Assembly (NCBI GenBank): GCA_051294905.1
Contig: CM119372.1
Span: forward strand, 10,294,001 to 10,358,000
Origin: Botryllus schlosseri
Taxonomy: Eukaryota
Length of the DNA: 64,000 nucleotides
Reading direction: 5' to 3'
Position numbers and translations under genes: made by a program. The notes under the pieces are model-generated. The model had not been told where the DNA came from, made no database searches, and saw nothing but the letters and a program-made list of their open reading frames with translations. Shown here piece after piece: positions 25,737 to 39,400 of the stretch (its first letter is position 1; each line of letters starts with the position of its first letter).

Positions 25737-27099
25737 ATCGTTCCTATCCTGGATTATGTTGCAGGTAGATTCATCTTGATAAGCACACATATCTGCTCAC
25801 CATTCTTTTGCTTATATATTTACAAAGGATCAATTAAGTAGAGCTTCATATGTGATTTTGTTTTCAAGGAACTACTCGGCGGTCTGGTAGAAATAATTAA
25901 AAAAATTTGCAGTACAACAAAAGATGCTTTCCTACATTCTCGGGTTGAAAGTGTCTGTTCTTACTAAGTAGCTTGCGGAGAATTGAGAAAGAACATTCAA
26001 CAGCAGCAGTTGTTGGCTGACAACACTAAAGTTGTGTGTTCATTACAGTGCTGGTGACAAACCGTGTTGCTTCGTTCTGATAATGGTTTCTACATCACAA
26101 TTTTTCATCATGCGCTTCTTGATATAAGAACCATGCCATGCCCACGCAGTCTAGCTTCAGTTAGGATATTGCGGTATGTTAAGCATAACACAATGCCAAC
26201 CTATTTGTTTCATTTGAATGTTTATGATTAACAATGGGCAGACAACAAGCCATCTACAACGGTAGGCCAATGAAGTAGCCTATAAAGTAGCCTATAGGCT
26301 ATAAAATGTCAAATGATAAGTTTACCGACAGTGCAAAATCAACGATACAAACGAAATGCAGGTTGCAAAAAAGTTTGACTTTGTAAATAATTTTTACATA
26401 ATTTGACCTAACACTGCAATTTTGACAAAATTTTGACTTTCTTCTACATGTCAAAAAATAGCGCGAGCACTGATTGACCTGTTTTACGCAACAATGGCAA
26501 CATTGCCTTGATTTGAAATCTGGATTAATCAAGTCAAGTCAACGAATTTCCTGTTAGGTTGATACATATCCTCTGGTTTTAGTCAACGCTTCAACATTCA
26601 AAAAGCAGGTTTTATGCTATGAATTCCAAGCAACCTTTCGCGGGCCGCACTTTGTCCAGGTCTGGCCTACAATAAGATTAACCAAACTTTATTTCGCACA
26701 AATCCAAGAGATGGCCAGTATTGATAATGATAGCCTATACTTCCTCGTTGTCAGAGTACGGTACTCAAGTGGGCTTTGCAAACTTGTGCTACTATGTAAA
26801 AACTTCTTTATTTGCGTAGGATGTATAGTTTTGGGTTATAGTTCTGAGCTTACATCACCAACTTTTAAGAGTGAAATTTTCATTAACAATATACCGGTAG
26901 TCCCCAATTCCTATCATATTAACTGATGAATATATTTCCAAATATTCAATCCGATTAACTATACCAAAAGTATGCCACCAAATTCACTCTTTGTTTCTGA
27001 AAATACACGAGTACTTTTCGAATCTGCCATATTCTACTTCCACGTTAGTTCCATCTGAAGTAGGTTTGACATCTTGAAAATTGATATACCTCTATACTC

Positions 27100-27738
27100 T
27101 AGAGATGTGAAAAAAATAGCAGCCTGTTAAAAAGTAACAGTTAAGCTTTTCAAGTAGCAGTAGCAGTTACCTGCTAACCCGAATCACAGTTAACAGAATA
27201 GCACTTAAGCACATAGCCTTGACATTCAATACATTTATCCCGGTAGTTCTCTGGTTTGTTTCATCATTCGAGAAATAAGTGTCACTGCAGTATAGTCTCA
27301 ACCAGAAAACCACATCACACTCGTGAGTCGTGACAATAACAGGGCTTATCCTCAACCACCACCCAATTTGACTGAACATCTTCGGTTGCTAAATTAAATC
27401 CATGTTTGTCATGAAGGGCATAAGGTGGGCGCTTCTGTAAATATACTTACTCCATGAAAGGATTTTCTGCAAGCGTAATAGTAAGATGAGGCTAGACGAT
27501 TCCGTATGATTATGTTTCAATCATAATCAATTGTTAGTTTAAAGTTGAGGTTTGATATCGGCGAGTTTAGAAGTGAACTAATACATTTCCACTTTTTCGA
27601 CTAAATTAGCGGTCAATTGTGACGTAGGCTTTACCTCCAATTTAACTGCTAAAAAGTAGCAGTTAAAAATCACAGTTAAGATTTCGAAAGTAGCAGTTCG
27701 TAACTGCTACTGCAAAATATCGGTTAAGCCCATCTCTA
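27100..27738. mobile_element. hAT-type MITE (degenerate)
   Basis: Ends TAGAGATG / CATCTCTA, ATACTC on both flanks, repeated AGTAGCAGTT near both ends. Confidence 0.55.
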
Positions 27739-27900
27739 CATACTCGCAGTTGAGTAGTAATCTATGACGTTACTACTGCTTCGACCCGAGTATCAACGCG
27801 GACTACTTTGACCACAAACCACTGAGCTGGAGCAGTGAGTATCTCTATCTATTCTGAGCAATACATCGAAATGAATATGAATAATGAATATAAATTACCA

Positions 27901-28909
27901 GGTTGCCAGTAAACTCGCCCCAAAGTAAATTCGGCCCGTCGAATTCGGCCCTCGGTCACTTCGGCCGTCGGTGAATTCGGCCGTCGGTAAATTCGGCCCT
28001 CGGTAAACTCGGCCAGGACCAGAGTAACAACAACAGTTGCAATACCATTATCTAACCTGAACCCTAATCCTAACCTAACCCTAATCCTAACCTAACCCTA
28101 ATCTTAACCCTAACCTAACCCTAATCCTAACCCTAATCCCAACCCTAACGCTAATCCTAACCCCTAACCTCCAAATCACTTGATAATATTATAATTATGT
28201 ATTATAATACACATTATTAGTTATTAGTAGGTTTAGGGTTAGGATTAGCGTTAGGGTTAGGATTAGGTTAGGGTTAGGTTAGATTAGGATTAGGGTTAGG
28301 TTAGAATTAGGTTTAGGATTAGGGTTAGGTTAGGATTAGGCTTAGGTTAGGGCTAGGTTAGGATTAGGGTTAGGGTTCAGGTTAGATAATATTATAATTA
28401 TGTAATATAATACACATTATTGGTCCGTAATACAATTTCACACAATGTTCTCCGAGGGCCGAATATACCGATTGAATTCGGCAGTCGGTAAATTCGGCCC
28501 CGTAAACATCGGCATATATATATACACATATATATTTATACGCATAGCCTGTTCTCCAAATCACTTGATAATAATATAATTATGAAATTAATTCACATTA
28601 ATAGTTGGTAATACATTTTTATAAAAAATTCTCCGAGGGCAGAATTGACCGAGTAACCAGTGAATTGACCGGTGAATTCGGCCGTCGGTAAATTCGGTCC
28701 CCGTGAATATCCGCGCTATCTCCACTGATTACGCGATCTACGCATACCCTGACATCCAAATCACTTAATAATAGTATAATTATGTAATTAATTCATGTTA
28801 ACGGTTGGTAATACATTTTAATACAATATTCTCGGTGGGCCGAATTTACTGATGTAATGGCCGAATTTGCCTGGGCCGAATTTACTTTGGGGCGAGTTTA
28901 CTGGCAACC
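27901..28909. mobile_element. Mutator-like (9-bp TSD) non-autonomous element carrying telomere-like repeats
   Basis: Perfect 37-bp TIR GGTTGCCAGTAAACTCGCCCCAAAGTAAATTCGGCCC, perfect 9-bp TSD aaattacca (27892-27900, 28910-28918), subterminal AATTCGGCC repeats. Confidence 0.88.
28050..28385. repeat. Inverted degenerate telomere-like arrays: (CCCTAA/CCTAA/TCCTAA)n then (TTAGGG/TTAGG/TTAGGA)n
   Basis: C-rich array ~28050-28170 and G-rich array ~28228-28385, separated by an AT-rich spacer. Confidence 0.9.
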
Positions 28910-29370
28910 AAATTACCATGGGCCGATCACATCTTCGTATGTTTGTTTATATAGCTCAGTGGTATTCACTCATCCATTGAATCTATACTTCCACCATGTG
29001 GCTATCATAAGTTTACCGTGTCTTCGAAATGTTGTGCAAATAAAGTATTGACCACGTAACTAGGAAAAAATAAACAAATAATAGCAAAACCATAATAGTA
29101 ATAGCTAGCTACCTAAATAAATTGGAGAAAAATGTCATCATTTTGTGGCAAAGAGCAGGTTTTCCGAACTTCACTTTTTGTATGGGGAGTTCCACTTGGT
29201 ACGTCAGAATATCACGAGCACGTCAGAATATAACTCAACTCCATGTAGAACCAGAACACATCAGTTAGTATACAACACCATGGCCTTTATGAACCGATAT
29301 GCTGCTCAGCGATTGACTACTGCAGAGTTGACTGGTCTTCTAGTAATCCTCATCATAGATAGACTAATAC

Positions 29371-29410
29371 CATAGCAATTTACAACGTAGCTACGTTGTA
29401 AATTGCTATG
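29371..29410. mobile_element. 40-bp perfect palindrome with 7-bp flanking direct repeat (P-element-like remnant)
   Basis: CATAGCAATTTACAACGTAG-CTACGTTGTAAATTGCTATG, with ctaatac on both sides. Confidence 0.7.
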
Positions 29411-30143
29411 CTAATACTGTAATACAGATATTCTAAAATGAGAAAAAATGTAACAACTGGATGCACAAATGGTCATAATTTACCCCTACCATTATAAAGG
29501 CTATGATTTAACCATTTCTTAATCTATCGAATGTCACATTCGATACTTAATCTAAGATTCAACCATATTTTAAAGCGTTTAGCGATGCTATTCCTTTGAC
29601 CACAGGTCCGTATTCGTCAATTACAGTATACTTCATAGTTATCGATCAATATAGAGGAGACTTCCATATGGTCGTCATGTTGTTTCGGAAAGAAGGTTGT
29701 AGAATCGGATGGTGCCCAATTGTGCGGTTTACATGATTCGAGTTTATTTAGTAGATACTATACTTATAGTCAGGTAAGAACAGTAGCACAGATCGCTACT
29801 TGTACAGAGTATAACAGCATGAACATTGAACAATTCAACTATAGAGACTGTAGGACCAGGCCCCAGGCTACAGTCTCTGTATAATTCAACAATATGGTTA
29901 TGGCGCACATGCGCAGGGAGGTTCCTTAAGGCCTACTTATCGCCATCGGTAACTTCCCCCCAAAATGTCTCCACCCATCAATTAGCTGGGATATTCCAGA
30001 AAATACAATGCAAACATAACAAATTGATATTGTAATGATCCTGTTCAAAGTAACGACAGTCGCCAGTCCGTCGGTACAGCGACAATCAAAATATTGAAAA
30101 TGGCACGCCATGCAAAAGATATAAGCATAGAAAGGCTTAGTTC

Positions 30144-30299
30144 GGTTTATTAGCAATTTTTATCAGTTCAATACACCACAAAAATTGTGATACAATGAAA
30201 AGACAGGGAGGTGTCGAAACAACTTACTGAAGTAGTCTTTGGAAATGAGAATCTGACACGTGACACCCACCTTGCAACCCTATAGGTGATGTAAAGAGG
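30144..30299 (-). repeat. LINE/SINE 3'-tail fragment, homologous to 46650-46781
   Basis: GGTTTATTAGCAATTTT(T)ATCAGTTCAATACACCACAAAAA...GATGTAAAGAGG occurs at both sites; AATAAA on the minus strand. Confidence 0.8.
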
Positions 30300-30449
30300 C
30301 TTAGCCCACGAATTAGAGTGCATTAAGCAGTGACTTACTCACGAGAGGTGACTTGGATATGGTCGTAGCATTGATTTTTCATTTTATTCAACTTGTATGC
30401 ATAAACTTTCAGTTTATATACATAGTGTAAATAATCCAGAAAAATACTT

Positions 30450-33400
30450 ATGGCTCTGTCCTCCAATCTGCGACAGTGCAGTCATATTCTGTCCGTCACT
30501 GTGAGACACTTCAACAGCCGACATACGTGTTATAGATTCCATGAGAAGTTCCAATGGTGTTCCAGTTTCCACAAACTTGAAGATCAACGATACACGAGAC
30601 CGCGTCAATTTACAAACAATGATGTTCATATACGTCCCTTTGAAAAGATGCTGCTACCGTCCCACATGCCATACCTTGTGCCTTATCGCGACTTGCACTG
30701 CTCCAGCTCGCTTCTTGATAAATCTAAAGTTGAAGGCAGCCTGAAAACCAAGTTGAAAAAGAAATCTGGGATTGAGGCCGTTAATGAGGTAGCAAAAGAA
30801 TCCTCAACGGCTGAGACATCTCCGCAGAAAACACAAGAAAAAAAACCTTTGTGGGATAGGTTTGTAGCTGAAGTGAAGCACTATTATCACGGGTTTCGTT
30901 TGCTTGCTCTTGATGTTAGAATTGCTTCCAAAACACTCTGGAAAAGTTTGCGTGGAAAGCCGGTGTCCCGTCGTGAAACGAACCAGTTCCGGAGAGCTCT
31001 TTCCGACATATTCCGGCTGGCGCCTTTCAGCATTTTTATCATAATTCCCTTTGCGGAATTAGCGCTTCCTATCGCGGTCAAACTCTTTCCGGGGTTACTC
31101 CCCTCTACCTTCGAAGACAAAAATGCCCGGGACGCGAGACTCCGCAAAGAGCTGGCTGTCAAATTACGCATGGCCAAGTTCATGCAGGACACAGTCGAGG
31201 AGATTGCGATGCGCAGCAAGAAATCATCCAAACGGAATAAAGCTACCGAAGATTTTGCAAAGTTTTTTGATAAAATTTCAAAATCCGACGAGGACCCTAC
31301 AAATGAAGATATTTTGAAGCATGCCAAGTTGTTTGAAAATGAACTTACCCTGGACAACCTGACGAGACCTCAATTAATTGCACTGTGCAGGTCTGTATTT
31401 GAATTTCACATATCTGTCTTTATCGTTTTTTCGAAATGTTAATGGGTTAAGTTGAGCTTACTGTCGATATTGTGATAAAATGAAAAGATTGAATGATGTC
31501 AAAATGACTTGAAGTACTCCTTGAAACCAGACACCCACATGGGAAATCTTGGGTAGTTAGAGAACGTTTTTAATGATCTTGGAATCATTCTCACTTGGAT
31601 TTAGCCTCCTTTCACAAGTTATATAAAAGATGCTAGGCTCGTGGAATCGAAGATCGAAATTTTGAATCCAAGTCAAGCCTTGGGTTTCAAACATATTCAA
31701 AATTATCTGTCTACTTTATAAGTTTCTACAATGTGCAGTTCAGATTCTTTCATGCACCAGTTGATATATTTACGATACCTTACAAAAATTCCAGTGCCAA
31801 AACACTATTGTAGTCAATATTTTTAACTGTGTGTGCTCTTGATTACATTTTATTATAATCTGAAAATTCTGATTCTTAATTTCCATTGGAATCAGATAAA
31901 ATTATATTCATCATTCCATGAAGTCAAACTAGGACTTGCACTGCACCCATAAGAATATCATGTGATATGGAATTTTTATTAAATTTTATGGAGTCAGATT
32001 TGAGTTATCACGGGATGCAGACTAGGATTTAAGCGTAATATCAATGAAAGTTTGCATTTTGCATCAAGACGTATCCTACTTTGTCATTCAGATTAATTCA
32101 AGTACCTGCAGTGGGCAGCAATAATTTGCTGCGTTTTTTGCTGCAAATGAAATTGAAGAGACTCCACGACGACGATACGATGATACAGAAGGAAGGAATC
32201 GCCAGCTTGACAGTACAAGAACTACAGACGGCCTGCCAGGTAGGAGTTGAAAATGAAATGAAAATCCGCCACCCCAAGTTAGCTTCTGAATTTTTACAGG
32301 CGCGCGGAATGAGAGCCCTGGGAATGTCGGAGCAGCGTTTGAGGCACCAGCTCGAGCAATGGATCGATTTGCATTTAAATCACGACGTGCCGAGCTCCTT
32401 GCTATTGCTCAGTCGGGTGCTGTTCATGCCGGAAAACGTACCTGTCGAGAAGATGGTGAAGGAGGCTATTTCTGCTCTGCCGGAGAAAGTGGCAGACGAG
32501 GCGGAAGTTCGCGCCGCTGAACTCTACTGTGAGAGGATCGACAATACAAAGAGGTAAGGCAGTGGTTTTTGATGGCTGTTGCCCCGACTTATATCTCGAA
32601 ATGCGCTGGGCCTTTGGCTCAATTCACAACCTGGCTAGGCTATTTTTATTCCAGATGTCATTCTCAGAGATTTAGATTGATGATAGCATCAAATCAGACG
32701 TGGTGTGCAAGGAAGTATTTCTACTTTTCCAGAGTCGGCTCTGCCTACATCCACTGCTTGAGTGGTTATGTTTTTAAACTACTTCCACGTTCCAATTGCT
32801 ACTTTTACTTGTTATTGAGTAGAAAATAACAGCGATATTTCCACTGCTACGTGAGCTGCAACGTTGACTTGTTTGGCCACGTCTTAATTGCAGCGCATCA
32901 TACTGCAAGATTGAGCCATTGACCCTCAATGTGTCTGTTTCTTTCTAGATATAAAATTACGAAGCAAGAGCAGATGGAGATTGCGAAGGAAGAAGCCGAG
33001 GAGAAGAAAAAGGAGGAAGAAAAGAAGAGCGCGCAAAAGAAAAAGGCGGCTGATGAGGAAGCCCGATTGCAGAAGGCTGCTGAAGAAGGAAAGGCTGCCG
33101 AGATGCTGGAGACTGAGCCTAGCATGGTATGGTCAAAATGTCATTATATAAACTTACAGGTATTTTAAGAAATGCAACATCCGTCATAAGCTTTGGATAC
33201 AATTGCTTGTTTTCGAGTGTCTTTTGTTCCACTTGTTTGGAGTACTAAAGTAGGTTTTGCCTACAGTTCTTCAAGCAAAAGTACTTCCGTTTTTTAATTT
33301 GGATTTTGAAAAGTCGAAAGTCAAATGATTCCATAATATTACCTCAGAACTTATGCCATTGTTATTAATTTGAATACTTTATTATCAAGCCTATGCACAT

Positions 33401-36400
33401 TGCACACGATAGTATATCACATTATATTACGGATCGTGGGAGTTCTATTCTAGCTACACTGTTATTTGCAAACAATGGAATTATGGCAATAATACGATGA
33501 CTGGGCGGTTGAATACAGTTATAAATGGCTAAAACAGAGGCACTTACTGTCATATTTCTATGCACCCTTTGTTTTAGTCGTATACTGGCGTCAGCTCTGT
33601 GTGTGCGTTTTGAGGAATACACGAGCTGACCACAGATATTTGAATTATATTTCCATGTAACTATTATATTCTCCATGTAACCTGCATATAAAGGTTCTGC
33701 ATTGGTGTGTTCGCTTCTATGAATAACTAGTATTTGGTCCCTTTTCCCATAAACTCTGAACTCTGTGTGAACACCGCTGTCGGAGGGTTATGACCAGGCC
33801 ATGTTAGTTTAGGCAGCATATTTTGACGTTTTTATCAAAAAATTTCATATGAATCAATATTTTCAAAAAGCCTTATCTTTGACATTTTAAAATTTTTATT
33901 TATGGCAGTTTTGGCATTCGCTTCTCGAAATGCCAAAAATTACACGACCTGGTTATGACCTATGAACGTACTCTATAGGCTATTTGTTGTCGTGAAGAAT
34001 TATTTAACGGAAGTATTTTTTACTGAAAATCCCAACATTTACTGCTTGAAATGTTCTCGATAATACACGCACTTTTCAATCGACTCAAAACCGTCTGGCG
34101 GGTCGGATGCGACCCGCGGGCCGTATGTTTGACAACCCTGGACTCTGGATAGTGATCATGGTGATTTTTCAAACCATCAATTGGCCATCAGATTTGTGCT
34201 CATAACGAAATTGCGGGTACGACGAATACATAGTACAGTAATTACGGAGCAAGCACGGCATATCCAGCATACCCAGGATTAATGCCGATGTATGCACATG
34301 GTTAGTTATAAAATTTGGTGCCAAAGCAACGATTTTTAATTTTGTAAACGATTTCTATAAAACTATGTGAATTCAGACATCATATGTAGTAGCATAGTAT
34401 CTTATGAGATACATCTGAGCCGGAGCTACTTTCCAAACAACCGGCTCCGCTTAAATTTTATTTAGAGCTTCGACCCCTCTCGAAATGCGTGGCTCCGGGG
34501 CTCGGGATCCAAAGCCCTGATTTGAATAGCTCCCATGATTGTTTTTGACCGTTCGTGTGACCTTGCGGATCCCAATATCATATGCCTATGCTACCTCGTT
34601 TTTGCATGAACGCTCGCGAGACACGTGTTACTGTATCCTTTATGATTAAACAGCCCGCCGCTCCTGTATTGGACCAAGTCGAATTGGACGTGATGTCGCA
34701 GATCACAAAGGCTGAAGAATTCAGAGACGAGGGCCCCGTGCTAACGGACAAGGCCCCGATATTGAAGGACGAAATCACCAAGGAGGAAATAGACGTCCTC
34801 GATAAAGCTATGGGAAATATAACAAAAGAAAAAGACGAATCTCTTGACAAGACAAAGTCAGAGTTGGAAGATCTACGAGAGGACTTGGTCGAATATCAAC
34901 AGGTAAGGAACGTCATTGTCGACGTTTGCCGCGATGTCCGGTGATGTGTTTTTGGCAGGACGTGCTCAACTTGGATAGGAATTTATCCTCGGATGAAGAT
35001 GAAATTGTGTCGAAAGAAAAGAAGGCGAGCTTGCGGTTACAGAAAAGCATCGCCCGCTCAATCGGGAAGATGGACAAGATCGTTGCGGAATTGGAGAATC
35101 AAAGAAAGGAAGGTATTTTGAGTATTTCTATTTGCAGAGCACACTTGGTATTGTCCAAGCACACGCTTGTTTTGTCTGTTTCCTGTTGATTACGATATCT
35201 CTTACTCAATATTAAATGCATGATTGCAAGTATTCGATATGACTACGCGTTACCTGGATTTATAATGAGTAAAAATTGCATTTGTCATATTCGTCTGTAT
35301 CTGACACAGCTCTAGTTATATTAGACCGCTTTTTGAATAAATGGTAATAATTGGTCCTGCATCGATAGCTGATATTTTATGGAAAGTGTATGCGTAGGTG
35401 AAAAACTTGAGTTGAACACGTATTTCGTTTTGCCAAATATGGACATTGGACATTTAGTCACTTGTTGCCAGTCGGTTATTTGTTGCTTTTGCAGCTGCAT
35501 CTGATGATGTGAAGTCGATAACGGTGGAAGATTTGAAAGCAAGTCTACGTAGCTTGGGCGAAATTTCGGAAGAGAAATTGAGCGGGATAGCTCACATTCT
35601 GGATTCGAACAAGGACGGGAAAATTAATTTGGAGGAAGCAATATCCGCTATTGAGGTATTATTGCACCTCAACCCTACTAGTCCGTGGATGTAGGCTATC
35701 TATCTTGTGGATCGAGCAGGGGTTCATAAGTGTCAAAATACCATTCAAATATCATGTGCACACAAGACTAAAACATTATAATAAGTATTTAATGCAGTGG
35801 TTCCCAATTTTTTTGGATGTTGGAGCCGCATTTCAAACATCACAGTAGGGGTATATATGGGGTCGCATGAAAACACGTAGGCGACTTACAACGAAAATTT
35901 AAAGGTAGCGTGCCTACCTCTGGATCTTACCATTTGGATCAGGGTTCACCAACACGCTTGATTTGAGATTTCGGAAGAATGCTAAGAAAAGCATTTTGAA
36001 ATTGATTACAGTTTCAACATATTGTTGTTGTTGTTTCAAAGTAAACTAGTAATTCTCCTGTGCCCAACATCACTATTCCTCACTAACTAAAACGGCGTTA
36101 GCGATGGCAAAAGGATCCCATCTAGGGAAAATCAGCTGATATGAATGGGCTGGGCATATTGCCTTGACTTGCAATATCCCAAAAACTGCCAAGACCGAGA
36201 TACGCTTAGAAAACAACTTTGAGCTTCGCCATAAGATCAAGCTTTACGTGGAGATGGTATTTCATCTAGTTAACGTCTCTCGCTAGCCCCAATATAGATT
36301 CCATAGTCGCTGAAAAGCGTTGCCAGATATCGTGCACAGCTCAGAGTTCTGAAATTAACATAAATTGACATTGATTATCATGAATTTAGTGGTCTTTGTA

Positions 36401-39400
36401 TTCCTTTGATAAAATGTAACTTCTTTTGTGGTAACTACGCCCATCGCCTATTGAAGATAGCACTGCGTTGTACTAACATAAAGTTTTAAAACGTGGTTGT
36501 AAAGCTGTGTAGCCTATTTCGTATCGAAATTGAATTCGTGCGGCCCGCGGCCGGCATGAAATTTCAAAAGTGGCCCGCGACCCATTTTGAGTTGGCGACC
36601 CCTGATTTAGATCATTCAAAAGCATGCATGCAGACTTCTATAGATGCTATAACAGTTATGTTAGCATTGATAGGCGTAGATTGGCCAGTGCTATACATTG
36701 AAATAAACTGAAAACACATATCATTACTACGACGTACTATTATATTGTTACGTCATAGCCAGGCCTGTTTATTTTTGGATATTGGGTTTTATTTTTGGAG
36801 ATTCTCCAAAAATAAGATTTGAAAACATCCAAAAATAAGATTTTTTTGGATGATGTTTTTTCAAGTTTTTCAGTGAAATAAACAAGTCAGAGCGATGTAA
36901 ACGACCAGAAAACTCATAAAAACACACAAAAACAGCATCTATGTGTGGGAGGGGGTCACCGAAACGCTAAAACTACTTCCACTCAATCCACTTCACGTTT
37001 CTGCTGACCTTGCCCCTCCGCCTTTGTATAAGTTTCACAGCGCGACACGTAGACAAGACGGGAAGGCAGCTTGAGTGAGGCAAAGGGGACGGCGAAATCA
37101 TATACCACCACCTCTGTCACAATCACTTCCTCCACACGATGATGGGACTGATCTGCTGATGCTTCAGACGGCATCACAACTAGATCCAGTAGATGGAAAG
37201 TGCGCACCCCATATTTGTTGACGCTCTTATATTGTCAATGAAGAAGGTGGCCTCTTGGTTGACTGGAAACCGTACCAAACTCCTAGATGTTATGGACGAA
37301 AACAGTCCGGCGTGTGCACCTTCGCTGCAGTGGTGGATCCATCTGATCGTTCTCGATCGCATTGTCACGGTCTCACAGAACTGAGCACCACCGTCACGAA
37401 GCTTTATGGTCTTGACTAGAGCCCGACCGATTATCGGCTCGCCGATAATATCGAGTCGATATCACGCTTGGAGAGAAATATCGGTATCGGCCATTGAAGG
37501 TAAAAAAATATCGGCCATTTTCGTGACGTCACAACATGGTGGCAGGGAGTCAGAGAAGTCGATAGAAGACGTGAGGACGGTAAATTATAAAAATAAATGG
37601 CCAAGCTGCGTATAGTGCATACTGCATACAGGGCAGTAGGCATGCCTATCTGAAAAATATTATAGATAACTAACCACCGTTATGCCCCACTGACTTCGGG
37701 GGGAATCCCCCTGCAGTAATCGATCACCAACAACAGAGAGCAGCTGGATGGATAGTTGTCTGCAGAAGATTTCAATCAGTAAGAGAAATGAGAACTTCAA
37801 TCATGCTGGACTGACCCTCGTAATGACAGAGAAAAGCGTCGCGTCGAAACATATCTCGGTTCGGTACCAACAGAGCTAATTATTCCAGTAATGTATGAAG
37901 TCGTCTGACTGAGGCCTGCGGGGCCACCATGATAGGAAATATGCAAGCATGAGGGCAAGAAAATCAAGCAAACGTGGAGTAAAGCCAATAATTGATACCA
38001 AAATTTTTGATGCCATGATGACATTGGCCAATTCTGACACAAGAGCGTAAAATGTTGATTGTTGAAATGCTGGTCATGGTCAAGGCCCAAGGGGCCGGAT
38101 GGAGCAGTTGCAGACTTGGACAATTTGAGTTGTTTTGCACATTCTCTTCAGCTATTTGTTAATGATTTGCTGAAGGCTCCAGGTGCATTGCCAGAAGAAT
38201 ATCAATATTAATATCAATATATGGTGAAACCATTGAAGGAAAGATCCCCTGCATGGGGGCGGTGGAACCGTAAGGAAGAAAGATATCCAATTCTTGCTGT
38301 GCCACTAACTATGGTACCAAGTGAAAGACTGCTCAATGTGTTTAGTACTATATACATCATCTATGGAAGACCACAGAAGTTCACTCCGAGAAATTGTGCT
38401 TCGTGAACTGTAATCTGCAATTGCTGGATTGGTGCTTTTGATATATTTTTATAGTTCCTGGATCATTTATTTCATGTTCAAGCATATCAATGGCTGTAAA
38501 GTTGTTGAAAGAAATACTCTGATGTGTTAAATATGGACCTTGAGGTAGATTCCATATCTTTTGAATATCGGCTGAATATATCGGTGTTATCGGTGGAGGT
38601 ACTGGATATCGGTCTTATCGGTATCGGCTCAGAAATCCAATATCGGTCGGGCTCTAGTCTTGACGTTCTGATCATGGAGCAGCAGGAGCTCATGCGCCAG
38701 GTCGAACGCCTTCGAGCTCTGAGTCCAGGCGAGGACTGGGACAACGAGGACCGCCACAAGGTTTTCTGGTCAGAGGGTGTTGGGGTGTCAAGTTCAATGA
38801 GGCACGCAACTTCGTGGAGGATCCGAGGTTTCAAGCGCATTACTGACGAGCGCTTTTCAGGAGCAAAGGCTTTGAAGATTGGAGAGTTTGAAGAGTTAGA
38901 CATTCCTCCATTTTGGACCCCTAACCTCGATGTTTCCCCACGATTGCGACGTTCAGGGCCGATATCTCGAAAATCAAGTGGGAGGAGGGTCTCGGCGGGG
39001 CGTCTCGCACTGATTAATATTCTTTAGAAGGCATTCTCCAGGCCAAAGACTAAATTTGTGAAGAATGTATTGGAAAGTTAGATCAAGATCACTGATGATA
39101 TCTACGTGTTGGAGGACTTGAATACATGATAATAACATACTTTTGGTGGATTTTTTCAGTAGTAATAGGGCTCAAAACACCTTCATTTCTTATTTTTATA
39201 GATTCTCCAAAAATAAAATTAGAAAACATCCAAAAATAAGCTATTTTTGTTATTTTTGGAGAAATCCAAAAATAAACAGGCCTGGTCATAGCTCTTTAGT
39301 CTTAATACACTCCAGCACTTTATGCTTAAGTTCGCGGGGTATTATATGCCGAGTAATACTGGACTTGTTGCAAGTTATACTTGACTATGAGCCAATATTT

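Noticed and set aside
28050..28385. Telomere-telomere chromosome fusion scar
   Set aside because: The orientation is CCCTAA then TTAGGG, opposite to a fusion, and the arrays lie inside a TIR/TSD-bounded element.
30887..31357. 156-aa antisense ORF, and similar ones opposite PIGA, ZMYND11-like and MVD
   Set aside because: Shadow ORFs of real coding exons with no motif of their own.
38487..39027. Overlapping 138-aa and 167-aa ORFs as genes
   Set aside because: They cross a transposon junction; the minus ORF is the antisense shadow of the decayed remnant.
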